64,000 nt of DNA from an uncultured Veillonellaceae bacterium (GTDB lineage Bacteria > Bacillota > Negativicutes > JARBTT01). A model generated the notes under the pieces. That model did no database searches, had not been told where the DNA came from, and worked only from the letters and a program-made list of their open reading frames with translations. Below are positions 29,977 through 38,839 of the stretch, piece by piece; within the stretch, counting starts at the first letter, position 1, and each line of letters opens with the position of its first letter. The translations under genes were made by a program, and so were the position numbers. The stretch spans positions 480,001-544,000 of the forward strand of contig CAWDTA010000005.1 in the NCBI GenBank assembly GCA_963805085.1. Direction: 5' to 3'.

Positions 29977-30663
29977 ATGCTTTTAGGAGTGATTTATATT
30001 TTGATGGATAAAAAAACTAAAGGCTCAGCATGGCATGTTATTTTTGCACAGCATTTTCCATGGCGAATGCTTTTGATAGATATGGGTATTCCAATGGTGA
30101 GTTATTCTGTACTCGCGAATTGTGGAAAGCCGCTTACTGGCATATTTTTTGCGGGATTATGGAGCATAATTAGAGGGGCTTTAGAAAGTGCTAAGAATAA
30201 AAAAATATCCATATTTACTTTAATTACGATGATATTTGCTTTAGTTGAATTTGTGACTTTTTACGTTTCAAATAGTTTATATTGGATTTCTTTAGGTATT
30301 CGAAGTGAATTATACGGATTTTTTGTGATATTAACCTTGCTTTTAAAAAAGACGTTTATAGAAATCATGGTAGAAGAATCGAAAACGACCCAATTTACAG
30401 AAGAATTTAAAAATACTAGGCAGTATCGGAATTGCTGGAGATTTGTAACAATCATATGGGGAATCGCATACATTTTAAAAGGATTTTATTACATATACAT
30501 CGCCCCGGAGATTGCTATAGGAATGGCTTTTATTATACGAGCAGTAATTGGGTGGCCTTTAGATATCCTATTAATTGCATTTTCGATCTGGTTTCCGCAT
30601 ACATATTGGTGTCGTGAATCTGATAGAGGTAACATTACTGTACCGATTAAAAGAAATAGCTAG
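29977..30663 (+). CDS. VC0807/intracellular-septation-like membrane protein (start likely 30004)
   Basis: Multiple TM segments, WRFVTIIWG, IGWPL. Confidence 0.6.
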   Translation: MLLGVIYILMDKKTKGSAWHVIFAQHFPWRMLLIDMGIPMVSYSVLANCGKPLTGIFFAGLWSIIRGALESAKNKKISIFTLITMIFALVEFVTFYVSNSLYWISLGIRSELYGFFVILTLLLKKTFIEIMVEESKTTQFTEEFKNTRQYRNCWRFVTIIWGIAYILKGFYYIYIAPEIAIGMAFIIRAVIGWPLDILLIAFSIWFPHTYWCRESDRGNITVPIKRNS

Positions 30664-30693
30664 AGGTCACTAAGAGTCAAAGGCAGGGGCTAG

Positions 30694-30872
30694 TATCAAA
30701 TCACTGAAAAATTCGCAGATTGGGATAGTATTATATAATGCTCCGAGAAAATGAACAAATGAGCGGAAAATTTATTTATTGATGAAATAAAATGAAACAA
30801 GGCATAGCTAACATGATGACGAGGATCAATGTTAGCTATGTCATTTATTTTAATAAAAATATCAGAGAAACG
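30694..30872 (+). repeat. Repeat family 1, full copy B
   Basis: tatcaaatcactgaaaaattcgcagattgggatagtattatataatgctcc...ggcatagctaacatgatgacgaggatcaatgttagctatgtc...taataaaaatatcagagaaacg. Confidence 0.9.
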
Positions 30873-30886
30873 AAAAATAAATAAAA

Positions 30887-30917
30887 TACCGCCTTGCTTG
30901 GTAAAGCAAGGCGGTAC
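30887..30917 (-). terminator. Intrinsic terminator of the spore coat gene
   Basis: taccgccttgctt-ggta-aagcaaggcggta with an A-rich left flank. Confidence 0.75.
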
Positions 30918-30934
30918 GCGTAAAGCAACTTTGA

Positions 30935-31414
30935 TTATTGAACGTTATACATATTTTGGCTGCTTAGGTAATTGAAAATTCCTTCGCCATGTCCTTGCTC
31001 TTCCTTCTGGATATGATTTAAAGCTTGACGAACATTGGAATCAGTGAATTCAAAAATAGCAGTGTCATAAGCGTTCGAAACATATTTTTCAGTCATCAAC
31101 ATGTCAGTGCAAAGTGTCACGTCAGCTTGACTTGCGCCTGATTGGTTTGTTGTAGATTGCGCTTGTGTACTGTTTTGCTCCGATTGCTCAGTTGATTGGC
31201 TATTTTGTGATTGATTCATGCTAGGTACCTGACCGCTTAAAATGGATTCGATGGTAGTTAGATGTTGCTGCTCTTGCTCAGCGTAAGATTGGAATAGCTG
31301 TTTAAGTTTGGGATCGCTGGCTTGCTGTGCATATTTTTGATACTTTTGAATACAAATTTTCTCGTGCGTCTTTTGATCTTGGAGTAGTTGATTTTCTTTT
31401 TGGCTTAATGGCAT
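30935..31414 (-). CDS. Spore coat / ferritin-like domain protein
   Basis: LSQKE..LLQDQKTHEKICIQKY, Q/S/N-rich linker, DMLMTEKYVSNAY...HIQKEEQGHGE. Confidence 0.8.
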   Translation of the reverse strand: MPLSQKENQLLQDQKTHEKICIQKYQKYAQQASDPKLKQLFQSYAEQEQQHLTTIESILSGQVPSMNQSQNSQSTEQSEQNSTQAQSTTNQSGASQADVTLCTDMLMTEKYVSNAYDTAIFEFTDSNVRQALNHIQKEEQGHGEGIFNYLSSQNMYNVQ

Positions 31415-31492
31415 ATTGTTGCCTCCTTTTTAGGTTTGTATTATCTTGCCCCAAAAGTAGAACAATATTCCATTCTGGCCAATTAAACTATT

Positions 31493-31639
31493 TTAGAGCG
31501 GACGGCTTGCAAATCTGGAACCCATCATAAAGGCTTTTTTGCAGTCTTTTGGAAAAACTTCCTGATGGCGCTTTGCCTTCTCGGCTTCATCAAAAGCGGA
31601 GGTAATATATTTGGAGTAATCAGTGAACTGGTAGGTATC
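31493..31639 (-). pseudogene. 3' remnant (49 codons) of a flavodoxin paralog of 27652-28302
   Basis: Colinear with 27652-27798 and encodes DTYQFTDYSKYITSAFDEAEKAKRHQEVFPKDCKKAFMMGSRFASRPL*. No start codon, and homology stops 12 bp from the deoR stop. Confidence 0.9.
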
Positions 31640-31651
31640 TATAGTTAACGG

Positions 31652-32404
31652 TTACCACACCATTTGTATATTATATTTATTAAAAGCTAGTGCGATATTT
31701 TCTGGAAATTCTTTATCAGAGATAGCCACGTCAATATCTTGAATTGAAAAGGTCTGGTTAAAAAATGTTTGATTAAACTTACTGCTATCAACTAAAAGGA
31801 TTGTTTTATCTGCTCTTTTATGGAAACTTTTTTTTACCATAGACTCTCCTTCACTGAAATCAGAAGCTCCAAAGTTTGCATCAAGCCCTCTACAAGAGGT
31901 GAAAGCTATATCAGCCTTGTGTCTGAGTATATAATCGCAAGTTTCGGGTCCATTTATACTGGAACGCTTAGAATATACTTGGCCACAAGCGCAATATACA
32001 TTTACGTCTGTCTCATCTGACAACAAATTTGAAGTGGTAATTCCATTGGTTAATACAGTTAAATCTTTTTTCTCTGATAATCTCCTTGTGAAGTAAAGAC
32101 AAGTACTGCTTGAATCGATGAAAAGATTCTGACCGTCTTTCACAAAGTCAATTGCTAAGTTAGCGATATGAATTTTTTTATCAATGTTTTCTTTGTTTTT
32201 GTATAATAGAGGCCACTCTAGATGATTGTTTTCTATATAGAAAGCTCCACCGCGTGTTCTACGTATCAGTCCTTGTTTTTCTAAGCTATTTAAATCTCTA
32301 CGTGTAGTAGCTTCACTTACAAAAAGTTTCTTACATAAGTCATTTACCGAAACATATTTCTTTACCTCAAGTAAACGTAATAAATCTTTCTCTCGTTCTA
32401 TCAT
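31652..32404 (-). CDS. DeoR/GlpR-family regulator
   Basis: LFVSEATTRRDLNSLEKQGLIRRTRGGA, FIDSSST, LVDSSKF. Confidence 0.93.
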   Translation of the reverse strand: MIEREKDLLRLLEVKKYVSVNDLCKKLFVSEATTRRDLNSLEKQGLIRRTRGGAFYIENNHLEWPLLYKNKENIDKKIHIANLAIDFVKDGQNLFIDSSSTCLYFTRRLSEKKDLTVLTNGITTSNLLSDETDVNVYCACGQVYSKRSSINGPETCDYILRHKADIAFTSCRGLDANFGASDFSEGESMVKKSFHKRADKTILLVDSSKFNQTFFNQTFSIQDIDVAISDKEFPENIALAFNKYNIQMVW

Positions 32405-32431
32405 AGCAATTCTCCGATTCAAGGTGGATTT

Positions 32432-32488
32432 TGATTGAAATCAATCATTTGTTTCATAATATCATACTATAAAATGATTGTTAATCAT
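32432..32488. promoter_or_regulatory. Putative DeoR operator palindromes
   Basis: TGATTGAAATCAATCA (32432-32447) and ATGATTGTTAATCAT (32474-32488) in the divergent deoR/aldolase spacer. Confidence 0.55.
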
Positions 32489-32653
32489 AATATCCGGCAA
32501 GTATATACAAAAAATAATGGACTGTTATAATGAAGCTACCTACTAAAAGATAATAAGAAGAAAGGAGAGAAGAAGCCTATAGGTATAATGAATGTCCATA
32601 TGGACGTATAAAGAAATTGGATAATAAGGAAGTATTCTAAAGGGAGGATCTAT

Positions 32654-33520
32654 ATGTTATACAATATGACGGATTTACTAAATGTTGCTTATGAAAACAA
32701 ATTTGCAATTGGCGCTTTTAATGTTGCTAACAGCGAATTTGTAAAAGTGGTTATTGATGCGGCCGAAGCACAGAATTCACCTGCTATCATACAAATTCAT
32801 CCACTTGAAATCAATTTGATTGAGGATGATTTTATTGCTTATGTTCGAGAAGCGGTTAAAAATTCAAAGATACCGATGGCTATTCATCTTGATCACGGTG
32901 GGAATTTACAGGATGTTGTACGGGCAATAAGAAATGGTTATACATCTGTTATGATTGATGCTTCTCATCTCTCTTATGAAGAAAATATTGAAATTACGAA
33001 AAAAATTGTGGAAATAGCTCATGCAGTGAATGTTTCTGTAGAAGCAGAGCTTGGAACAATTGGATTAAATGAAGGAAGCGGGGAAGGGGGAAGCGACGAT
33101 ATTCTTTATACTGATCCAAAGCAAGCAGCGGAGTTTGTTAAAAAGACAGGCATAGATACTCTTGCAGTTGCAATCGGTACTTCACACGGAATATATCCTA
33201 AGACAAAAGAACATTCTATTAAGATAGATCGCCTGAAAGAGATAAAGAAACAGGTATCTATCCCGCTCGTGTTGCATGGTGGTTCTGATAATGCAGATGA
33301 TGAAATTAGAGAAACAACAAAGAATGGAGTTGCGAAAATTAATTTAGCATCAGACATGAAGCGGGCATTCTACCGTCAACTTCAAAAAACATTAAATGAT
33401 AAACCAAATGATTATGAATCTTTTATTGTAATTCCAGAAGCGACAAAGGCGGCAACAGAGTTAGTAAAGAAAAAAATGGATTTATTTGGTTCAACAGGAA
33501 AAGCTCGATTATATAAATAA
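32654..33520 (+). CDS. Class II ketose-bisphosphate aldolase
   Basis: IHLDHG, SVMIDAS, VEAELG, LAVAIGTSHG, PLVLHGGS, KIN. Confidence 0.92.
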   Translation: MLYNMTDLLNVAYENKFAIGAFNVANSEFVKVVIDAAEAQNSPAIIQIHPLEINLIEDDFIAYVREAVKNSKIPMAIHLDHGGNLQDVVRAIRNGYTSVMIDASHLSYEENIEITKKIVEIAHAVNVSVEAELGTIGLNEGSGEGGSDDILYTDPKQAAEFVKKTGIDTLAVAIGTSHGIYPKTKEHSIKIDRLKEIKKQVSIPLVLHGGSDNADDEIRETTKNGVAKINLASDMKRAFYRQLQKTLNDKPNDYESFIVIPEATKAATELVKKKMDLFGSTGKARLYK

Positions 33521-33573
33521 TACAAATCGTTTGTTGTAGAAGGAACCTATAGACCAGATGACAGTGTCCAGTG

Positions 33574-33663
33574 CTTCAAAATATCAAATCGCTAGAAAAT
33601 TTATAGTTCGGATAGTAGAATATAATGCTCCAAGAAAATGAAGAAGACATAACTAACATGATG
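33574..33663 (+). repeat. Repeat family 1, internally deleted copy D, cut at the hairpin loop and fused to the ppnP remnant
   Basis: cttcaaaatatcaaatcgctagaaaatttatagttcggatagtagaatataatgctccaagaaaatgaagaagacataactaacatgatg. Confidence 0.85.
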
Positions 33664-33890
33664 GAGAGAAAAAGACGTTGGGAATAATGCTGCAAGGGCG
33701 ATATAAATTTGAGACTTCGGATAAGGAACATATGGAGCTTTTGGCTGGCAAACTAGAAGTATTGCTTCCTCATAGTAAAGAATGGATTTCGATTGAGGCT
33801 GGGCAGACTTTTGAAATTCCAGCATATTCAAAATCTAAAATTGTTGCAAAAGAAGTCTCAGATTATTGCTGTTCATATTTAAAAGAGTAA
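33660..33890 (+). pseudogene. ppnP: 5'-truncated pyrimidine/purine nucleoside phosphorylase (DUF1255)
   Basis: DGEKKTLGIMLQGRYKFET...EHMELLAG...FEIPA...DYCCSY. The N-terminal ~30 aa are missing and an in-frame TAA lies at 33654. Confidence 0.8.
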
Positions 33891-34022
33891 ATGGTACAAA
33901 GCAACGATTCTATTCATTTCAAATATCGCCCAATAGAAGATAACTAGAAAAAATTATTGGAAGATAGGTATAAAAGTGATAAAAAATATCGTTTATATAA
34001 CCTTATAAGCAAGATGAATTAG

Positions 34023-34054
34023 AAAAGTATCAGCGTAATGCTGGTACTTTTTTT
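34023..34054 (+). terminator. Intrinsic terminator
   Basis: aaaagtatcagc-gtaat-gctggtactttttt. Confidence 0.7.
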
Positions 34055-34316
34055 GAATCATTGCACAAGATTCACATACTTTTTCGTCATGCTAGAAACC
34101 GAGCTGGTTTATCATAAAAAATATTATACAGTTGCAAGAGTTTTATTTCTTTTGTCGAATAATAACAATAGTTGGAAATTGAAATGAAAATGTCATACTA
34201 TTAAAGGAGAATCTCTTTATATTCGTATTCTACGGACTATTGATAAAAGATTACCTATTAATGTGTTCAGGTATATTCAATTTGATAGAGTCACGAGTGC
34301 ATTATTGTGTTGAGGA

Positions 34317-35186
34317 GTGTTAAAAATGAGTGTAAAAGTTATGATTGTAGACGATTCCCCCTTTTCAAGAATGATGATTGTAGAGGCATTATCTGATAGC
34401 GGATATGAAGTTGTTGGAGAGGCCGATTCGCTGGAATCTTTAATTGAAACCTATAATAATTGCAAGCCTGATATTGTTACTATGGATATAGCGATGCCGG
34501 GAGCTGATGGTTTTGAATGCAGTAGAGAACTTCGGTTGATTGATCCTAAAGCAAAGATCATACTTTGTAGTTCGATGAAAGATGAAGAGACGGAGATTGA
34601 AGCCAAGCGTATTGGGATTTCTGGCTACGTACAAAAACCGATAGAGGGAGAAAACTTAATAAAAGTAATACGTAATGTACTGGCACCTGATACTCTTTAT
34701 GAACAATTATTGGAAAGAGGACTTGAAACTTTTAAAGAGGCTCTTTCTCAAAATGTTACACGCATGGCTAAAATTCCAGTTGAGTTTAAACCTGTAGAAA
34801 TTTCTGATGAAAAATATATGTCGCAGGGGATTACTACTGTCATCGGTATAATTGGCCAATATTCTGGATCTATGATTATAGACTTATCTCCTGAGTCTGC
34901 TGAGAAAATAGCAGAAGCTCTTTTGCGTCGTCCTACAAAAAAACAAGAGGAATTATTGGCTATGGTGGCGGAACTGGCAAATATAGTTGCTGGGGTTGCG
35001 TGTTCAATGATAAATAAGAAAGAGAAGGCTTTTGCTTTGCGTGTATCTCCTCCTAGTATTTTTCACGGTAATACAGCAGAGATTGTAAGTCCGAGCGTCA
35101 AAATCCACCATGCCATGGCTGATACTGATTTGGGAAGTATCTATCTAGGAGTTGGATTTAAGAAAGGAGCAGCATTATGGATGTAA
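34317..35186 (+). CDS. CheY-like receiver fused to a CheX/CheC-type phosphatase domain
   Basis: MIVDDS...DIVTMDIAMP...YVQKP receiver, then IGIIG..SGSMII...ELANIVAG...SPP. Confidence 0.85.
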   Translation: MLKMSVKVMIVDDSPFSRMMIVEALSDSGYEVVGEADSLESLIETYNNCKPDIVTMDIAMPGADGFECSRELRLIDPKAKIILCSSMKDEETEIEAKRIGISGYVQKPIEGENLIKVIRNVLAPDTLYEQLLERGLETFKEALSQNVTRMAKIPVEFKPVEISDEKYMSQGITTVIGIIGQYSGSMIIDLSPESAEKIAEALLRRPTKKQEELLAMVAELANIVAGVACSMINKKEKAFALRVSPPSIFHGNTAEIVSPSVKIHHAMADTDLGSIYLGVGFKKGAALWM

Positions 35187-35644
35187 GCCTCATAAATCCG
35201 ATATTATCCGCTTTTTATGAGATAATTCCACAAATTGGATTTCAGAAAATAGAGAAGAAAAGTATATCGTTAGTAGGATCTACTTTTGATTATAGTGGGG
35301 TATTAATTAATCTCGCAGTTGTTGGTTCGGTAAAAGGAGTAATACTGATTGGAATGGATATGGGTTCAGCAAAGCAGTTTGCTTCAAAAATGATGATGGG
35401 AATGGAGGTAACAGAGTTTGATGCGTTAGCACAGAGTGCAGTTTCAGAAATGGGAAATATGGTTTGCGCCAATGCCTGTACGCAATTTGCTAAAGTTGAT
35501 ATAGATAGTCTTGATATATCGCCTCCTACACTTATGATTTCTCAGGGGGGGCAAGCTACTTTGCCAATGCCTCAGACAATTATTATTCATTTTTTAGTTG
35601 ATGATGCAATCGATGTTAAAGTGTATGTCGGATTGATGAAATAG
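35177..35644 (+). CDS. cheX: Chemotaxis phosphatase CheX
   Basis: INPIL, VVGSVKG, AQSAVSEMGNMVC (ExxN), DISPPT. Confidence 0.85.
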   Translation: MDVSLINPILSAFYEIIPQIGFQKIEKKSISLVGSTFDYSGVLINLAVVGSVKGVILIGMDMGSAKQFASKMMMGMEVTEFDALAQSAVSEMGNMVCANACTQFAKVDIDSLDISPPTLMISQGGQATLPMPQTIIIHFLVDDAIDVKVYVGLMK

Positions 35645-35741
35645 AGAGGTAAAGAAAGACGAAAAGAACTGTACTGCTAACCGCCACCTTGTCTGTTTTA
35701 TTTAGTAATTTGATAATATGTAGTGGATGGGGGAGATTCTG

Positions 35742-35915
35742 GTGGCATTCATCGATTGGAACGAAAATTTTAGTGTTAATTTTGCTGAATTTGACGAGGA
35801 ACACAAAAAAATTGTACGAATGGTTAATTCTCTCCATGAGATAATAAAAGTAGGAAAAGGTAAAGAGATTGGCACTGGCGTACTTAATGACATGAAGTTT
35901 AGCTTTTATAAGTGA
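35742..35915 (+). pseudogene. Truncated bacteriohemerythrin (N-terminal third)
   Basis: GTG start after GGGGAG. MAFIDWNENFSVNFAEFDEEHKKIVRMVNSLHE matches the W..fsv....D.qH motif, but the downstream HF..EE and HI...D motifs are absent. Confidence 0.75.
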
Positions 35916-35929
35916 TTTGAAAAATTTGC

Positions 35930-35969
35930 TTGACATATAAAATAAAAATTGGTACCTTATAATAAGGTA
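35930..35969 (+). promoter_or_regulatory. sigma-A promoter with overlapping palindrome
   Basis: TTGACA (35930)-17 bp-TACCTT with an extended TG. TACCTTAT-A-ATAAGGTA inverted repeat over -10/+1. Confidence 0.6.
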
Positions 35970-35986
35970 AGCAAATAGAGATAGTC

Positions 35987-36040
35987 AAAGGTGACGAAAT
36001 AACTGAGTTGTGTGAATTTAGTTGTTTTGTCACCTTTTTT
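35987..36040 (+). terminator. Leader terminator upstream of the FadR-DcuC operon
   Basis: aaaggtgacgaaataactgagtt-gtgtg-aatttagttgttttgtcacctttttt, with several G-U pairs on the + strand and a U tract. Confidence 0.75.
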
Positions 36041-36052
36041 ATATATGTTTCA

Positions 36053-36080
36053 GTAATTGGTATACCAGTATACCAATTAC
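36053..36080. promoter_or_regulatory. FadR/GntR operator
   Basis: GTAATTGGTATAC-CA-GTATACCAATTAC palindrome containing TGGTATACCA, just before the RBS. Confidence 0.75.
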
Positions 36081-36100
36081 TGAAGAAAGGAGTAATTGGT

Positions 36101-36826
36101 ATGTTTCGTTCTTTAAACAGATTAAACGGAGCCGAAAGTCTATATCACCAAGTTATAGAAAATATTCGGAAACTTGTATTGGAAGGAAAGCTAAAGTCCG
36201 GAGAAAAATTGCCGTCAGAGCGAGATCTGGCTGAAATGTATGGAGTCAGTCGTGTCCCGGTACGCGAAGCGTTGAAGACATTGGAGTTTTTGGGAATAGT
36301 GCAAAGTGTTCGCGGTGATGGGGTATATATTCAAAACATACAGGCAAAAGATTTGCTCGAAAATGTTGAGTTTGCTATGCAGGATAATGAGAATGAGCTG
36401 CTGTCGGAGCTCTTTGAGGCAAGGTCAGCCGTCGAAGTGAAGGCTGCACAGCTGGCTGCTTTGCGAAGAACCGACCAGGAGCTTGAAGAAATGCTGGAAG
36501 CTGTACTGGATATGGAGCGTGATTTGTTATTGAAGCGAGATCCAAGTATGTCTTCTTACAAATTTCATTTAGCTATTGTGAAAGCTTCACATAATCGGGT
36601 ATTGTACCGTATTCATGATAATCTTTCTGATATGTTGAAACTGTCTCGTAAAAAATCATTGGGGGTGAAAGGTCATAGTGAAATCGCTTTGGATTTTCAT
36701 AAACAATTGTTAAAGAAAATCCGGGACAAAAATGCAGAAGCTGCAGGGAATTTAATGGCGGACCATCTTTATAAGGCAAGTCTTGTAATTGAGAACAACA
36801 AAAACAGCAATGATTATGAAATTTAG
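36101..36826 (+). CDS. GntR/FadR-family regulator
   Basis: GEKLPSERDLAEMYGVSRVPVREAL, FCD domain with FHLAI..ASHN. ATG 36101 follows AGGAG. Confidence 0.93.
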   Translation: MFRSLNRLNGAESLYHQVIENIRKLVLEGKLKSGEKLPSERDLAEMYGVSRVPVREALKTLEFLGIVQSVRGDGVYIQNIQAKDLLENVEFAMQDNENELLSELFEARSAVEVKAAQLAALRRTDQELEEMLEAVLDMERDLLLKRDPSMSSYKFHLAIVKASHNRVLYRIHDNLSDMLKLSRKKSLGVKGHSEIALDFHKQLLKKIRDKNAEAAGNLMADHLYKASLVIENNKNSNDYEI

Positions 36827-36837
36827 GAGGTATTAAC

Positions 36838-38196
36838 ATGGGGGCAAGTATTGCAGTATTGGTAGTTGTCTGGGTTGTCTATATGATTATTAAAAAGTTT
36901 TATCCGCAGGCGGTACTTTTAATAGCAGGCATGATTCTTCTTTTGGCAGCCTGTTTACTGGGGCATACACCGATATTAGAAGGAAAGCAGTCTTCTGGTG
37001 CTGCTTTTCTGGATATTTTTAATACAATCAGTGTTTTGCTTAGTTCGCGTGTGGCTGGACTAGGTCTGACTATTATGTCCATTGCAGGTTTTGCAAAGTA
37101 TATGGAACACATTGGGGCAAGTAAATCTTTGTTTGCTCTAGTTGCTTCTCCGATTAAGCATATCAAGTCTCCTTATATTCTGTTGGTGTTTAGTTTTTTT
37201 ATCAGCCAGCTCTTGGTGCTATTTATTCCAAGCCATGCTGGATTAGGGCTACTTCTCATGGTGATGTTGTATCCGATATTGGTACGGGCTGGTGTTAGCA
37301 AACTTTCCGCATTAGGGGTAATTGGCTGTGCACAGTATATGGATGTGGGGCCTGGCTCTGGTAATGCAATTCTAGCGGCAAATATTTGCAAGTTAGAACC
37401 GTCAGTATACTTTGTAAATTATCAACTGCCCATATTTGTGGTAACAACCTTGATTCTTGGTGTTACACACTTTTTTGTGCAAAGGTGGTGGGATAAAAAA
37501 GAAGGGTTCTGTGGAAATGAAGATGTGACAGGAATAGTTGAGCAAGACGAAAGCCATCCGCCACTTATTTATGCCATTCTGCCAATCATTCCGATGGTTC
37601 TCATCCTTGGGTTTAGCCCGATTTTTCACAGCAAAATTAAAATGGATGTTGTTACCGCGATGTTTTTAAGCACTTTTATCAGTATGGTTTTCGAGTATTT
37701 TAGAACCAAAGATCATCGGGCTGTTTTAAAAAGCTTACAGCATTTGTATGATGGAATGGGAAGAAGCTTTGCTACAGTAGTCAGCCTGATTGTGGCTGGT
37801 GAAGTATTTGCCACTGGCTTAACAAAAATTGGTGCTGTAGACGTAATGACTTCAGGTGCACAGAATCTAGGGCTTGACATTCATGGTTTAGTTATTCTAT
37901 TTTGTATAGTCATTGCTGGCTGTGCCTTTTTAATGGGTTCAGGAAATGCTGCGTTTTTCTCGTTTTCAGCTCTAGCACCTAAAATTGCAGCGGCAATGCA
38001 TATTGACGTCATTACGTTGGTGTTACCTATGCAGATTATGACAAGTTTTGGCCGTGTTGTGTCGCCGATTACAGCGGCGATTGTTGCCATTGCCGGAGTT
38101 GCCGACGTGTCTCCGGTACAAGTTGTCAAACGGACAGCGATTCCTATGGCAGTAGCCGCAATTATAAATGTGGTATTTATCTTTATTAATTCATAA
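36838..38196 (+). CDS. dcuC: DcuC-family C4-dicarboxylate-like transporter
   Basis: GLGLTIMSIAGFAKYMEHIGA, LMGSGNAAFFSF, GRVVSPITAAIVAIAG...VVKRT. Confidence 0.85.
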   Translation: MGASIAVLVVVWVVYMIIKKFYPQAVLLIAGMILLLAACLLGHTPILEGKQSSGAAFLDIFNTISVLLSSRVAGLGLTIMSIAGFAKYMEHIGASKSLFALVASPIKHIKSPYILLVFSFFISQLLVLFIPSHAGLGLLLMVMLYPILVRAGVSKLSALGVIGCAQYMDVGPGSGNAILAANICKLEPSVYFVNYQLPIFVVTTLILGVTHFFVQRWWDKKEGFCGNEDVTGIVEQDESHPPLIYAILPIIPMVLILGFSPIFHSKIKMDVVTAMFLSTFISMVFEYFRTKDHRAVLKSLQHLYDGMGRSFATVVSLIVAGEVFATGLTKIGAVDVMTSGAQNLGLDIHGLVILFCIVIAGCAFLMGSGNAAFFSFSALAPKIAAAMHIDVITLVLPMQIMTSFGRVVSPITAAIVAIAGVADVSPVQVVKRTAIPMAVAAIINVVFIFINS

Positions 38197-38210
38197 AGGG
38201 GATGTTTTAA

Positions 38211-38804
38211 TTGAAATGCGCGAAATGTACGCACAAAAAATGTTATTTGGAAGGACAGAATTGTACGAAGATTACTGTCGATGATGTAAAAAACGCCTAT
38301 GAAGGGCCGAAACTGGATATTATGAAGGCAGCTGCCTGCACAGAAGGTCGTTTTTACAATAATCTTACTCGATTAGAAGAAACATCTGAATTTTGCAAAA
38401 TGATGGGGTATAAGAAAATTGGAATAGCTTTTTGCATAGGCCTTAATAAGGAAGCCAAGCTGATTGAAGAATATTTTGCTAAAACATTTGAAGTTTATTC
38501 TGTTTGCTGCAAGGTTTGCGGTGTAGCTAAAGAAAATCTAAAACTGGAGCAAATAAAAAAAGATTCGCGTGAAACAATGTGCAATCCGTTGATGCAAGCC
38601 GAGATGTTAAAAAACAAAGGGGTAGAGTTTTGCGTTACCGTAGGTCTTTGTGTAGGGCATGATGCGCTATTTACAGGGGCTGCAAGTGTCCCTGTATCCT
38701 GCCTAGTAGCAAAAGACAGGGTACTTGCGCATAATCCATTGGGTGCCGTGTACTCGCGCTATTGGCGGAAAAAACTCGGGATTACTGTAGAAAATGAGGT
38801 ATAA
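38211..38804 (+). CDS. DUF1847 Cys-rich metal/Fe-S-binding protein
   Basis: CAKC..C, TRLEE, KIGIAFCIGL, CCKVCG, MCNP..QA, GLCVGHD, KDRVLAHNP. Confidence 0.85.
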   Translation: MKCAKCTHKKCYLEGQNCTKITVDDVKNAYEGPKLDIMKAAACTEGRFYNNLTRLEETSEFCKMMGYKKIGIAFCIGLNKEAKLIEEYFAKTFEVYSVCCKVCGVAKENLKLEQIKKDSRETMCNPLMQAEMLKNKGVEFCVTVGLCVGHDALFTGAASVPVSCLVAKDRVLAHNPLGAVYSRYWRKKLGITVENEV

Positions 38805-38839
38805 CAAATCGTTCTAATAAAAGACAGGAGAGATGATAT

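Noticed and set aside
25263-33663. CRISPR array interpretation of the repeats
   Set aside because: Copies are kilobases apart, separated by whole genes and variable in length, and there are no cas genes.
36008-36100. Longer N-terminal extensions in the ORF track (gntR here; also brnQ 3125, dehydrogenase 11246, glpB 62412)
   Set aside because: Downstream ATGs have clear RBSs and match family starts, and the extensions overlap regulatory DNA or the upstream gene.
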